Source: Holophaga sp. (GTDB lineage: Bacteria; Acidobacteriota; Holophagae; Holophagales; Holophagaceae). Taken from it: a stretch of 55,256 nucleotides of DNA. A model generated the notes under the pieces. The model saw only the letters and a list, made by a program, of their open reading frames with translations. It ran no database searches and was not told the origin of the DNA. Below are positions 27,112-39,324 of this stretch, in pieces; positions within the stretch are counted from its first letter, which is position 1; every line of letters starts with the position of its first letter. The translations under genes and the position numbers were made by a program. The stretch spans positions 1 to 55,256 of the forward strand of contig JAYREN010000001.1 of the NCBI GenBank assembly GCA_041908845.1. Direction: 5' to 3'.

Positions 27112-27588
27112 ATGGCGCTTACATTCAGGGAAGGACACGACCTGCCGATGACAGAGAGAGCGACCATCCGGGAGGGCCTTCTGGATATCCTCGTCATCGA
27201 TGACAGCAAGTACATTCGAGCCTTCACGCGCATCCACCTGCAGGAGGCCGGGTATGCCGTGCAGGAGGTGGAGCCCGCTTCTCTTTTCGAGGTACTCGAG
27301 GCCATCCATACCCATCGGCCCGCCCTTGTCATCACCGACTACGAGATGCCTTGGTGCAGTGGAGAAACGATCCTGCGCAGCATCCGTGAGGATGCGGCCA
27401 TCCGCGACACGGCGGTCCTGGTCCTGACCTCCCACCGTGAAGCGGAACTGGTGGAGCGCCTCAGCCGGTGGGATCTCGTGGGCTATGTGCTCAAGCCCAT
27501 CGCTCCCGAAAGCCTGGTGGACACCGTGCACCAGTTCTTCCGACAGCGTTCTGCCCAGGAGGCTGAAGATCTCGGAACCCCTGGCTGA
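27112..27588 (+). CDS. Single-domain CheY-like response regulator
   Basis: Receiver motifs are ILVIDDS, ALVITDYEMP, LVLTS and LKPI. There is no output domain. The start could instead be the internal Met at 27148. Confidence 0.85.
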   Translation: MALTFREGHDLPMTERATIREGLLDILVIDDSKYIRAFTRIHLQEAGYAVQEVEPASLFEVLEAIHTHRPALVITDYEMPWCSGETILRSIREDAAIRDTAVLVLTSHREAELVERLSRWDLVGYVLKPIAPESLVDTVHQFFRQRSAQEAEDLGTPG

Positions 27589-28281
27589 TCAACGGGGCGA
27601 AGCACCCTGGACCACCGCCGGACGCTGTTGCTGGATCTCCAGGGCCAAGGCCTTCACACCGTTGATGAGGAACTGCATGGCCACCGCCGCCAGGATCAGA
27701 CCCATCAGCTTGTTCACGATCTTGATACCCAGGGCGCCGAAGCGCGCCATCACCCGCGGGGCCTGGCGGAGGAACTGGTAGCAGATCCATCCGTTGAGGA
27801 AGATCGCCCCCAGCACCACCAGGTACTCGGAGAAGCTGACCCCCGCGATCATTCCCATCACGGTGGAGATGGTGCCGGGCCCCGCCAGCAAGGGGATGCC
27901 GAAGGGGATGATCGCGAAATCGTCCGGCAGCTTCTTGGCGGCTTCCGCCTTTTCCTGCTCCGTGGCGCGTTCGCGCGGGTCCTCGCCGTAGAGCATGGAG
28001 AGCGCTCGGTAGAGCACCAGCACGCCGCCCACAAAGCGCATGGCGAGGGCCGTGAAGCCGAAGAAACTGAAGATGAACTGCCCCACCAGCGCGAAGAGCA
28101 CCATGGTGATCGTGGCGGTGAGACTGGCCTTGCGGGCCGCACGACGCAGGGAGGCCGTATCCATTCCCGTGGTCGCCGTGGCGAAGAGCATGGCCGAACT
28201 GGGCGGATTGATCACCGAGAACAGCGTGGCGATCACTCCCAGGATGAACGACCAGGTTGGCAGCGGCAGAAGGGTCGGCAT
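27589..28281 (-). CDS. MarC-family (UPF0056) integral membrane protein
   Basis: The product is a 230-aa multi-TM protein with the N-terminal INPPSSAMLFATAT motif typical of MarC/NAAT. Confidence 0.8.
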   Translation of the reverse strand: MPTLLPLPTWSFILGVIATLFSVINPPSSAMLFATATTGMDTASLRRAARKASLTATITMVLFALVGQFIFSFFGFTALAMRFVGGVLVLYRALSMLYGEDPRERATEQEKAEAAKKLPDDFAIIPFGIPLLAGPGTISTVMGMIAGVSFSEYLVVLGAIFLNGWICYQFLRQAPRVMARFGALGIKIVNKLMGLILAAVAMQFLINGVKALALEIQQQRPAVVQGASPR

Positions 28282-28299
28282 GCCCTATCCTATCGCTGC

Positions 28300-28953
28300 A
28301 TGGACGAAACGATGCCGTACCGTGAACAACACAAGCTCAGACTCAGCTGGATGCCCTGGCTGTACTTTTCCCTCAAGGAGCGCCATCGCGCCTGGGCCGA
28401 AGCCTGGCAGCTGGAAGTCCAGGACCGGCTCCGCGCCCTCGAAACGGTGGCGATCGGCGGAGGTGGCTTCATCGCCCCCGAGGCCCGGATCTTCGGCGAG
28501 CCCGGTCGGGGCATCCGCATTGGCAACCGCTGCGCCATTGCCGCCGAAGCATTCCTCCATGGCCCCATCACCCTGGGCGACGATGTTTCCATCAACGCTC
28601 GGGCCAGCCTGGATGGGGGCGGTCGGGGAATCACCATCGGCGCAGGCACCCGCATCGCCAGCGGCGCCGCCCTCTACGCCTTCAATCACGGCATGGCGCC
28701 GGATCACCTCATCCGCGAACAACCCGTAACTTCGGAGGGAATCTGGATCGGCTCAGATGTCTGGATCGGCGCCCTGGCGGGCATCACCGATGGGGCGCGC
28801 ATCGGTGATCATGCTGTCGTGGCCATGGGCGCCGTCGTGACCGGGGAAGTAGCACCCTGGGCCATCGTGGCAGGAGTGCCCGCCCGGGTGATCGGAGACC
28901 GCCGGGATCGCCCCTTGGCCGGGGGAGAAGGCCCGACTGCCACCCTTTCCTGA
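28300..28953 (+). CDS. Hexapeptide-repeat acetyltransferase
   Basis: ATG 28300 (MDETMPYREQ) is used; the upstream part of track ORF 27628..28953 is antisense to the MarC gene and was discarded. Left-handed beta-helix repeats are IGNRCAIAAEAFLHGPITLGDDVSINARA...IGSDVWIGALAGITDGARIGDHAVVAMGAVV. Confidence 0.8.
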   Translation: MDETMPYREQHKLRLSWMPWLYFSLKERHRAWAEAWQLEVQDRLRALETVAIGGGGFIAPEARIFGEPGRGIRIGNRCAIAAEAFLHGPITLGDDVSINARASLDGGGRGITIGAGTRIASGAALYAFNHGMAPDHLIREQPVTSEGIWIGSDVWIGALAGITDGARIGDHAVVAMGAVVTGEVAPWAIVAGVPARVIGDRRDRPLAGGEGPTATLS

Positions 28954-28966
28954 AGGCGGACGGGCC

Positions 28967-29680
28967 CTACCAAGGTTCCTTGGCGACCTGGATCGAATCG
29001 AAGCGGGATGGGATAGCCGCTGCCTGCCAATCCATGTCGATTCCGCTCACGCCACACTGATCCAGGGCCCGTTTTAGGGCCTCCACCCGTGCCTGGAAGA
29101 GACTCGCGGGCACCAGGGGATCCTTCGGAACCCGCAAGACCCAGCGTCCCTCTAGGCCCCAGGCCTCCACCCAGGCCTTGAGCTTGACCCGGGCCGCCGG
29201 GGAGAGTTCGGCGCTGCCCTTGAGGAAGAAGATGGGTTCTTGATGTGTTTTTCCCGGGGAAGGACTCCTCGGGATCGTGAGCTGCGGCACGCGGGGCGCC
29301 AAGTCACCTATGGGACGCAATCTGGTGTCGGGGGCGAGTCCCTGCTGGATCGGCAACCGCGCTGCCCTTTCGTGGCGCACGATGAGATCGCCCTTCAGGG
29401 GATAGGTCTCACCGGGGGTGGTCAATCGCGCCAGGGCATAGCCGTCCTTGAGGGCCGTGACCTGAAGGCGCCCAAGGGGGCGGCGCTCCCCAGTGCGCCG
29501 GAGGGTCAGGTACTCATTCAGGTACAGCGCCTGGGCGCCCTGCCCCTCGAGCCGGTAGAGGCGTTCCGCCTCGTCGTAGGGCGGCATCCCGCTGCGCACG
29601 ACACCCGCTACCTGAAGGGGTGGCGTCGCCGCGAGCATCGGGCCCACGAAGAATCCCAGCAGCATCTGCCTCATGCCCAC
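28967..29680 (-). CDS. Secreted hypothetical protein
   Basis: An N-terminal signal-like segment MRQMLLGFFVGPMLAA is present. No motif was recognised. The gene lies in the same-strand cluster downstream of folC. Confidence 0.55.
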   Translation of the reverse strand: MGMRQMLLGFFVGPMLAATPPLQVAGVVRSGMPPYDEAERLYRLEGQGAQALYLNEYLTLRRTGERRPLGRLQVTALKDGYALARLTTPGETYPLKGDLIVRHERAARLPIQQGLAPDTRLRPIGDLAPRVPQLTIPRSPSPGKTHQEPIFFLKGSAELSPAARVKLKAWVEAWGLEGRWVLRVPKDPLVPASLFQARVEALKRALDQCGVSGIDMDWQAAAIPSRFDSIQVAKEPW

Positions 29681-29699
29681 CCCATCGGCTCGGAGGAGC

Positions 29700-30977
29700 T
29701 CAGGTCTGAGGAACGACGCCCAGGCCCCGCAGCAGATCCCCCAACATGAACAGGGATCCGGTCACCAGTCGAATATCGGCATCCGGCGTCCTCAGGCGGG
29801 CGGCCAGCCCGTCAATATCCAGCAGGGGAAAGTCCTCACCCCAGGCGGCTCGCAGGACTTCCACCGAGGCATAGCGCTCGTTGGCGCCCTTCACCAGCGT
29901 CACGGACCGGGGGTTCATGGCCTTCAGGGCGGCGGCCATTTGGGGCAGGTCCTTGTCGCCCATGGCGCCGAAGTACAGATGGGGCCGGACCCCGCAGGTG
30001 AGGGCATGCCGAGCCACGGTGGCTGCGCCATCAGGGTTGTGGGCGCCGTCCACCCAGACTCCCGGAAGGCCCGGAATTTCCCACATGCGCCCAGGCCACC
30101 GGGTCGCGGCGATGCCCTCCCACATCTCCCCTTCGGGAATGGGGAAGCCGATGCGGCGCAACTGATGCAGGGTTTCCAGGGCCGTGGCCAGGTTTTCCAG
30201 CTGATGAATACCCGGCAGGCCGATGACTCGCCCCTGGGTGAGGCTGTGGTCCCAGCGGATCTCGTCGGCCTGGAGGCTCGGCGCGGGGCAGAGCTCCGGC
30301 CGACACTCCAGCAGGGGCAAGACCCACTGTGGATCGAGGGTGGGCCCCAGCACGAGGGGGCGGCCCTCCCGGGCGGTGCAGAGTTTTTCCTGGCCGATGG
30401 CTTCCCGGGTCTCCCCCAGAAAGGCCGTGTGGTCCAGGCCGACATTGGTGAGCACCGTGAGCAGAGGATCGAGGGCGTTCGTGGCATCCCAGCGACCGCC
30501 CATGCCGACTTCCACGATGGCCACCTCCACGCCCGTCATGCGGAAGGCCAGCATGGCGGAGGTAATCATCAGCTCGAAGTAGGTGGCCTGGATCCCGGCG
30601 CGAACCTCGCAGTCGAAGGCTTCGCTGAGGAGCAGATCCAGGGCGGAGGCGCCGATGAAATGGCCGTCGATCCAGATCCGCTCCGTGGGGGCGATGAGAT
30701 GCGGTGACGTGGTCCAGCCCACGGTGAGGCCGCAGGCCCGCAGGGCCTGGGCGAGAAAGGCGCCCGTGGAGCCCTTGCCATTGGTCCCGGCGATGAGCAC
30801 ACAAGGAAAGCCCCGTTCTGGATGACCGAGCCCCTCGAGCAGCAGGTTCGGATTGCCGAGCCCGCGCTTGATGCCCCAGTGTCCCCGGGCCTCCAGCCGC
30901 TGGATATTCGGGAAGGTCTGCCAATCCAGCGCGCCTTCCATGGAAGGAAAGGGGCTTCCGGTCTCAGGGGCCGACAT
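29700..30977 (-). CDS. folC: Bifunctional folylpolyglutamate synthase / dihydrofolate synthase
   Basis: The Mur-ligase ATP site is IAGTNGKGSTGAF, and the 425-aa length and layout fit FolC. Confidence 0.9.
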   Translation of the reverse strand: MSAPETGSPFPSMEGALDWQTFPNIQRLEARGHWGIKRGLGNPNLLLEGLGHPERGFPCVLIAGTNGKGSTGAFLAQALRACGLTVGWTTSPHLIAPTERIWIDGHFIGASALDLLLSEAFDCEVRAGIQATYFELMITSAMLAFRMTGVEVAIVEVGMGGRWDATNALDPLLTVLTNVGLDHTAFLGETREAIGQEKLCTAREGRPLVLGPTLDPQWVLPLLECRPELCPAPSLQADEIRWDHSLTQGRVIGLPGIHQLENLATALETLHQLRRIGFPIPEGEMWEGIAATRWPGRMWEIPGLPGVWVDGAHNPDGAATVARHALTCGVRPHLYFGAMGDKDLPQMAAALKAMNPRSVTLVKGANERYASVEVLRAAWGEDFPLLDIDGLAARLRTPDADIRLVTGSLFMLGDLLRGLGVVPQT

Positions 30978-30978
30978 C

Positions 30979-31836
30979 TCAGGCCTTCTTGGGTCCGTGC
31001 TTCAGGGACTCGAAGAGGCGCTCAAGTTCATCTTCGCTACCAAAATGAAGCAGAAGAGCTCCGCCCTTGCCCTTGGGCTTGATCTCCACCCGGGTGCCCC
31101 AGGCCTGGGTCAACTCTTCGGCAGCGGCCTTGAGGAAGACGCTGGGGTTGTGCCGTTTGGCTCGGGCCTTCCGTTGCCGGGCCAACTGGTGCACCTTGGC
31201 CTCCAGCGCGCGAACGGAAAGCTGCTTGGCCACGATTTCGTTGGCGAGGCTCTCCTGAGTGCGGACTTCTTCCACGCCCAGGAGCACTTTGGCGTGCCCC
31301 GTGGACACCGTGCCCGAGGCGACCATGTCCTGGATCGGCGCGGGGAGGCGCAGCAGGCGCAGCGTGTTGGCCACCTGGGGGCGGCTCTTGCCCACGCGGT
31401 CTGCCACCTGCTCCTGGGTGAGCCGCAGATGCTCGCCCAGCTGCCAGTAGGCCTTGGCCTCCTCGATGGCGTTCAGCTCCTGGCGCTGGATGTTCTCCAC
31501 CAGGGCGAACTCCAGGAGACGGTCCTCGGGCACCTCTTTGAGCACCACGGGCACCATGGTGAGCCCGGCCCGCTTGGCGGCGCGCCAGCGGCGCTCCCCC
31601 GCGATGATCTCGAACTTGTCGCCCACCTTGCGCGCCACGATGGGCTGGACCATGCCATGCAGCTTGAGGCTGGCTGCCAGATCCTCCAGTGCTTGCTCGT
31701 CGAAATGGATGCGCGGCTGATAACGGTTCGCCACGAGGCTGCCCACGGGAAGTTCCCGAGAGTTGGCATCCTCCGGTGCGATCTGGTTCATGAGCGATGT
31801 GAGACCCCGCCCCAAGGCGGGCCGTTTCAGGTTCAT
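30979..31836 (-). CDS. parB: Chromosome partitioning protein ParB/Spo0J
   Basis: ATG 31836 overlaps the parA stop codon (ATGA). The ParB box is IIAGERRWRAAKRAGL, preceded by the N-terminal RGLTSL. Confidence 0.93.
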   Translation of the reverse strand: MNLKRPALGRGLTSLMNQIAPEDANSRELPVGSLVANRYQPRIHFDEQALEDLAASLKLHGMVQPIVARKVGDKFEIIAGERRWRAAKRAGLTMVPVVLKEVPEDRLLEFALVENIQRQELNAIEEAKAYWQLGEHLRLTQEQVADRVGKSRPQVANTLRLLRLPAPIQDMVASGTVSTGHAKVLLGVEEVRTQESLANEIVAKQLSVRALEAKVHQLARQRKARAKRHNPSVFLKAAAEELTQAWGTRVEIKPKGKGGALLLHFGSEDELERLFESLKHGPKKA

Positions 31837-32618
31837 CGTTCCCCCTCCAGGAGCGCGGGCTCGAACTGGCCCAGCCATTCGCGCGCCAGGCTCAGATAGG
31901 CCTGAGCGCCCTTGGATTTCAGGTCGTAGAAGGCCACCGGCTTACCGTGACTGGGCGCCTCGGCCAAACGGATGTTGCGGGGAATGAAGGTCTGAAAAAC
32001 CTTGCCCGGAAAGGCCTGACGCACCTCGTTGGCCACGGCGGCCCCCAGGTTGGTGCGCTCCTCGGCCATGGTGAGCAAGATCCCCCCCATCTTGAGACGC
32101 GGATTCGGCCCGGCCTGCACGCGGCGGATGGTCTCGACCAGTTCGGCCAGACCATCCAGCGCGAAAAACTCGCAGGGCATGGGCACGATCACTTCGTCGG
32201 CGGCCGTAAGCGCGTTGAGGGTGATCATGCCGAGGGAAGGCGGTGGATCGATGAGGATGAAATCGTAGTCGTCCCGCACCGCATCCAGGGCCTTGCGAAG
32301 CACCTGCAGCTCGGGCAGCTCGAAGAGCTCGAACTCAAGCTGAGCGAGATCCTTGCCGGCGGGGATCACCTGGAGCATAGGTACTTCAGTGCTGAGGATC
32401 AGCGCCTTCGCCGGCGCGCCCTTCATCAACGCAAAGGCACCCGCTCGCTGATCGGGCTTGGGGAATCCCAGACCCGTGGTGCTGTGGCCCTGGGGATCGA
32501 AGTCGATCAGCAGGACCATTTTTTCCAGCATGGCGAGGGAGGCGGCCAGATTGATCGCCGTGGTGGTCTTGCCCACTCCACCCTTCTGATTGGCCAAGGC
32601 CACGATCCGCGCAGACAT
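31833..32618 (-). CDS. parA: Chromosome partitioning ATPase ParA/Soj
   Basis: The deviant Walker A is NQKGGVGKTTTAINLA, and the 261-aa length fits ParA. Confidence 0.95.
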   Translation of the reverse strand: MSARIVALANQKGGVGKTTTAINLAASLAMLEKMVLLIDFDPQGHSTTGLGFPKPDQRAGAFALMKGAPAKALILSTEVPMLQVIPAGKDLAQLEFELFELPELQVLRKALDAVRDDYDFILIDPPPSLGMITLNALTAADEVIVPMPCEFFALDGLAELVETIRRVQAGPNPRLKMGGILLTMAEERTNLGAAVANEVRQAFPGKVFQTFIPRNIRLAEAPSHGKPVAFYDLKSKGAQAYLSLAREWLGQFEPALLEGER

Positions 32619-32732
32619 GCTAGAACCTCGACTTCACAGCAAATGGGCTGGATGGGTGAGAACGCACCGATCGACCTCGGATGTGGAACATTCAGAGTCT
32701 ATCACGTTCCACGGATCCCATGTGTTGCGGGC

Positions 32733-33533
32733 TCAGTGGCGATTCACCAAGACCGGATCCGGTTCAAACATGCCGATGCGCCGCACCGGTCCTGCGAGCC
32801 AGAGCCCCGACCAGCGGCCCTCGTTCAGACCTTCCAGCGTGACCCGCACGGGGTCCTCACCAACAGGCTGGAATTGCCACGCGGTCGTGCCGGTGCGTTG
32901 GGCCAGCCAAGCGCCCGCCACTGCGCACCCTTGACCACAGCACAGAGTCTCCCCTTCCACCCCGCGTTCCCAACTGCGGATGCGGGCGAGACCCGTGGCT
33001 ACCACCTGAATGATGCTTACGTTCGCGCCTTCGGGCAGATCTGGGTGATGGCGTAGGGGCGGCGCGAATTCCGCGAGGTTCACCCGATCCACGTCCGACA
33101 CCTCGACCACCAGGTGAGGCGTGCCGGTCCACCCAAAGGCATGGGGCAGCGCCAGCGGCAGAAGAGTCTGGCGCAGGACGTGCTCCGGTCCCTCCGACAG
33201 ACGCAGGCCCACGTTGTCGGCAGCCAGCCGCAACCGGACGGCCTCACCACTTACCCTCGCCTCGAGATCACCCCTCATTTCTGGTGGGAGAAGACTCGCC
33301 GCTGCGCGGGTGCCGTTGGAGCAGAAGGTCCTGGAACCATCCGGCTCCCAGTGATCCATCTCCCAGGGTGTGCCCTCAATTCGGGGCTGAAGCAGGAACA
33401 GCCCGTCCAATCCCAATCCCCCACCCCGCGGGCAGAGAATCCGGGCGAACTCCGGGCCGGAAAAATCTCGTGGTGCTTCATTCGCCCAGAGATAGGCGAA
33501 GACATTTCCCGACGCGGCCGCGATGCAGAGCAT
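32733..33533 (-). CDS. dapF: Diaminopimelate epimerase
   Basis: SGNVF corresponds to GNDF. Two catalytic-Cys contexts are present, FCSNGTRAA and ETLCCGQGCAVAGA, together with GTPHLVVEV. Confidence 0.78.
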   Translation of the reverse strand: MLCIAAASGNVFAYLWANEAPRDFSGPEFARILCPRGGGLGLDGLFLLQPRIEGTPWEMDHWEPDGSRTFCSNGTRAAASLLPPEMRGDLEARVSGEAVRLRLAADNVGLRLSEGPEHVLRQTLLPLALPHAFGWTGTPHLVVEVSDVDRVNLAEFAPPLRHHPDLPEGANVSIIQVVATGLARIRSWERGVEGETLCCGQGCAVAGAWLAQRTGTTAWQFQPVGEDPVRVTLEGLNEGRWSGLWLAGPVRRIGMFEPDPVLVNRH

Positions 33534-33548
33534 GTTTAATCCTGCGGA

Positions 33549-33857
33549 TCAGCGGCGCTCGCCGCGCTCGCGAAAGCTGTAGACCGTTTCCCCGGGACGG
33601 GCGTAGCCCTGGCGTCGGGCCAGGGCCTCGAAGAGTTCAGGGTCCTTGGAGGCCAGGCGACGCACTTCCTCGGCCAGCTCGCGGTTCTGCCGCGCCTTCT
33701 GGAGCAGTTCTGTCTTGAAGCCATGGAGTTCTGCCTGCCGCTTCCTCAGCGCGGGAACCCCATCTGGCGCCAGAAGCAGGATGCCCGACGAAAGCACGGC
33801 GGAGAATCCCAGCGCGCCCCACAGGGTGCGTGATTGTAGAATCCAGGCGGCGTTCAC
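33549..33857 (-). CDS. ftsB: Septum formation initiator FtsB/DivIC family
   Basis: The 102-aa product has an N-terminal TM segment, a coiled coil (RKRQAELHGFKTELLQKARQNRELAEEVRRL) and a tail ending ARRQGYARPGETVY. It lies immediately downstream of eno. Confidence 0.8.
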   Translation of the reverse strand: MNAAWILQSRTLWGALGFSAVLSSGILLLAPDGVPALRKRQAELHGFKTELLQKARQNRELAEEVRRLASKDPELFEALARRQGYARPGETVYSFRERGERR

Positions 33858-33861
33858 GGCC

Positions 33862-36649
<2,788 letters not shown>

Positions 36650-36940
36650 TTACTCTCCTTCAGAGTGCCCTGATCCTGTGACCGGCCATCCCGTGATCTC
36701 AATGTCAGGACTACTTCTAGTGATCAACTAAAGCAGCGTTCTATTGCAGGTCAACAAAATTTCGAGTTGCTCAACGAAAATATATTCCCTGGATCGCCAT
36801 CTCTCAACCCTTTGCCTGAAGGGCTGAACGGGAGGACACTGCACCTTGGCACATCGCCACATCGCCCCTGCCCCCGCGTCGCTACTCGTTTTTTGACGTT
36901 TCCCATCCCCACGAATACCACCCCGATCACGGAGAAAAAA

Positions 36941-37567
36941 ATGGAACCGATCGTCCTGGATCATCCCCTCGCTCACCACAAGCTCACCCTCGCAAGGGAC
37001 CGGAAAACCCATGGCAGCCTCTTTCGGCAGCTGATCGAGGAACTCGGATTGCTGCTCGCGGTGGAGAGCACACGCAACCTGCCCACCGTGACCATCGTCG
37101 TAGAAACCCCACTGGAGCGCATCCAGGGGCAACGGCTGAACCCCCTCGATCCGGTGCTCGTGCCCGTGCTCCGGGCAGGCCTCGGCCTGCTCCCCTCCTT
37201 CCTCCAACTCCTCCCCACCGCCAAGGTGGGCCACCTCGGGCTCTACCGGGACCATGACTCCCTGGTTCCGGTGCCCTACTACCGCAACTTTCCCCCGCTC
37301 CTGGAGGAACGCCCGGTCTTCGTCCTGGACCCCATGCTCGCCACCGGCGGCAGCGCCTCGGAGGCTGTGCGCCAGTTGAAGGCCGCGGGCGCGCGCCAGA
37401 TCACGCTGGCCTCCGTCCTCGCCGCCCCGGAGGGCATTGCTCGCCTCCAGGCGGATCACCCAGATCTCCGGATGGTCGTCGCCGCCATCGACCGCCAGCT
37501 GAACGAGCGCGGCTACATCCTTCCCGGCCTCGGCGATGCCGGAGATCGGATCTTCGGTACGGCCTGA
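36941..37567 (+). CDS. upp: Uracil phosphoribosyltransferase
   Basis: ATG 36941 follows GGAG at 36931; the track ORF's upstream extension was discarded. The PRPP loop is VFVLDPMLATGGSA and the C-terminus is YILPGLGDAGDRIFGT. Confidence 0.93.
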   Translation: MEPIVLDHPLAHHKLTLARDRKTHGSLFRQLIEELGLLLAVESTRNLPTVTIVVETPLERIQGQRLNPLDPVLVPVLRAGLGLLPSFLQLLPTAKVGHLGLYRDHDSLVPVPYYRNFPPLLEERPVFVLDPMLATGGSASEAVRQLKAAGARQITLASVLAAPEGIARLQADHPDLRMVVAAIDRQLNERGYILPGLGDAGDRIFGTA

Positions 37568-37599
37568 GGCGGGTCAGGGCCACATCATATCTATTGTCA

Positions 37600-39324
37600 A
37601 TGTCGCCCATGCAGTCAGCGGAAAGGCTGTTCTCGATGAGCAAACCGGTCAGGCATTGGATCATTCAAAGCACCGGCGCTCTCGGTGATGTCTGTATGGC
37701 GCTCTGCGCCTGTAAGGCGCTCAGGGTGGCTGACCCCAGTTGTTCAATCTGGTTCGTGACCAGTCCCAACCACCTACCGTTGGCAGCGGCCTGCCCCTAC
37801 ATAGACGAATTCTTTGCCTATGGGAATTACGTCCGGATCGTCGATGCCATGCACGAGGCCGCCTGGCGCAATCCCGATTTCGCCTTTCGGCTCCTCGACC
37901 ACGTCCGGTTCGGCCTGGACCCCCTAAATCAAGTGGAGGCCTACCTCGCCAACCTCAAACAGCCACTCTGCCAGGCCGACAGCAAGACCCTGGACCTGAT
38001 CCTCCCCACCCCTACCTCGGGCTCCACCCCGGAACCCCTCCCGCCATGCCCAACTGGGAAACGCCGGATCGTGTTCCACGCCGCCCATAACGATCCCAAT
38101 CGCACTTGGCCGAAGCAGGCCTGGGAGGCCCTCGGCCGAAAGGTGCTAAACGAAGGACATCAACTGATCCTTATAGGGGAAAGCGCTATCAATTTTCAGG
38201 AGAAAGCCTTCTGCCTGGATCTTCCCGGGGCCATTGATTTCCTGGGCCAGTTCGATTCCCTCAAGGTCGTGGAACTCCTGAGGCTCTGTGACCTCTTCGT
38301 TTCTTCCGATAGCGGCCCAATCCAACTGGCCGGAGCATCGGACATTGCCATTTGCGGTATCTACACCGCCGCTGCAGGGCGCAGCCGTATTCCCTTCCGC
38401 CACGGACAGCCCTTATGGGGCGCCAGTCTAGTCGAACCTGAATGTCCCCACCGGGCCTGCTTCCGCTTCATGTCCGCGCCGGAACACATCAAGCATTTTC
38501 AACAGGCACTGAAGGAGGGAGGAAGAGTCATCAACGATCTACTGTCCACGTGGTGCCTGGAGGCTGACACCTATCACTGCCTCCGTGACATAACACCAGA
38601 AAGGGTTTGGCAGGCCATGACCCCTTGGATCCTGGTCACACCGATGGAACGGGAGGCCATGCTCAAGCAGGTGGAAACCATAGCAGCCTCCGGACAACCC
38701 CAACGTGCTCTAAATCTTTTGGAGACGTTGCCAGAGGTCCCATCCGAGGCAGCAACGGTCATGCTCCGTGCACAGCTACTCCAGAGCCTTGGTCGAGTGG
38801 ACGAGTCCTTCGAGCTGCTGCGACAGTGGCTACCCTTGTGGCCCTTGCATGGTGGAGTGGTCAACCTGATGGGGCTCGCCAGCCTTCGCGCAGGGGACAG
38901 CGACGCCGCCCGGAAATTCTTCAATAAGGCCAAGGACCTTCCGGATTCCGGGCACGCCGTGTCTCGCAATCTCGCATTCCTGGACGCGCTCCAGGCCCTG
39001 GAGACGAATTCCCTGGATCAAACGATAAGCGCCCTGGACGACATCATCGGAATGCCCTCCGGCTTCGATACCGTGGGAGAAGGCGAGATCGCGGTGCTCC
39101 GCCTCACGGTCATGCTTCTCCGAGGCCACTTGGAGGATGGACTACGCTTTGCGGACCAGGCCCTTTGTCAGGAAAAGCAGAACGCTGATCTCCACTTTCT
39201 GAGAGGAGAGCTCCTGCTCCGACTCGATTTGCCGACAGAGGCCAGGAGTTCGTTCGAGGCCTGCCTTTCCTTGAGCCCGGCTCATGCCCTGGCCACAGAA
39301 CACCTCAAGGCACTCACGACCTGA
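37600..39324 (+). CDS. GT9-like (heptosyltransferase-fold) glycosyltransferase with C-terminal TPR domain
   Basis: The N-terminal half has GALGDV, NDPNRTWPKQAWEALG and FVSSDSGPIQLAGA (the GT9 DSGP.HLA motif). The C-terminal 230 aa or so are TPR-like helices. The start is ambiguous (TTG 37594, ATG 37600, 37609 or 37636). Confidence 0.75.
   Translation: MSPMQSAERLFSMSKPVRHWIIQSTGALGDVCMALCACKALRVADPSCSIWFVTSPNHLPLAAACPYIDEFFAYGNYVRIVDAMHEAAWRNPDFAFRLLDHVRFGLDPLNQVEAYLANLKQPLCQADSKTLDLILPTPTSGSTPEPLPPCPTGKRRIVFHAAHNDPNRTWPKQAWEALGRKVLNEGHQLILIGESAINFQEKAFCLDLPGAIDFLGQFDSLKVVELLRLCDLFVSSDSGPIQLAGASDIAICGIYTAAAGRSRIPFRHGQPLWGASLVEPECPHRACFRFMSAPEHIKHFQQALKEGGRVINDLLSTWCLEADTYHCLRDITPERVWQAMTPWILVTPMEREAMLKQVETIAASGQPQRALNLLETLPEVPSEAATVMLRAQLLQSLGRVDESFELLRQWLPLWPLHGGVVNLMGLASLRAGDSDAARKFFNKAKDLPDSGHAVSRNLAFLDALQALETNSLDQTISALDDIIGMPSGFDTVGEGEIAVLRLTVMLLRGHLEDGLRFADQALCQEKQNADLHFLRGELLLRLDLPTEARSSFEACLSLSPAHALATEHLKALTT

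Noticed and set aside
32683-32712. Possible parS site upstream of parA: the 7-bp inverted repeat GTGGAAC...GTTCCAC.
   Set aside because: The arms are separated by 16 nt and do not form the contiguous 16-bp TGTTNCACGTGAAACA-type palindrome. I found no convincing parS in the window by eye. It may simply be a weak hairpin after dapF.
36650-36940. The 291-bp intergenic region between the TrpC-like gene and upp was examined for a riboswitch, a PyrR-type attenuator or an sRNA.
   Set aside because: I recognised no conserved riboswitch core and no terminator/antiterminator pair. Only a weak TTGACC-N17-TTAGTT promoter-like string on the minus strand was found. The evidence is insufficient to call a feature.
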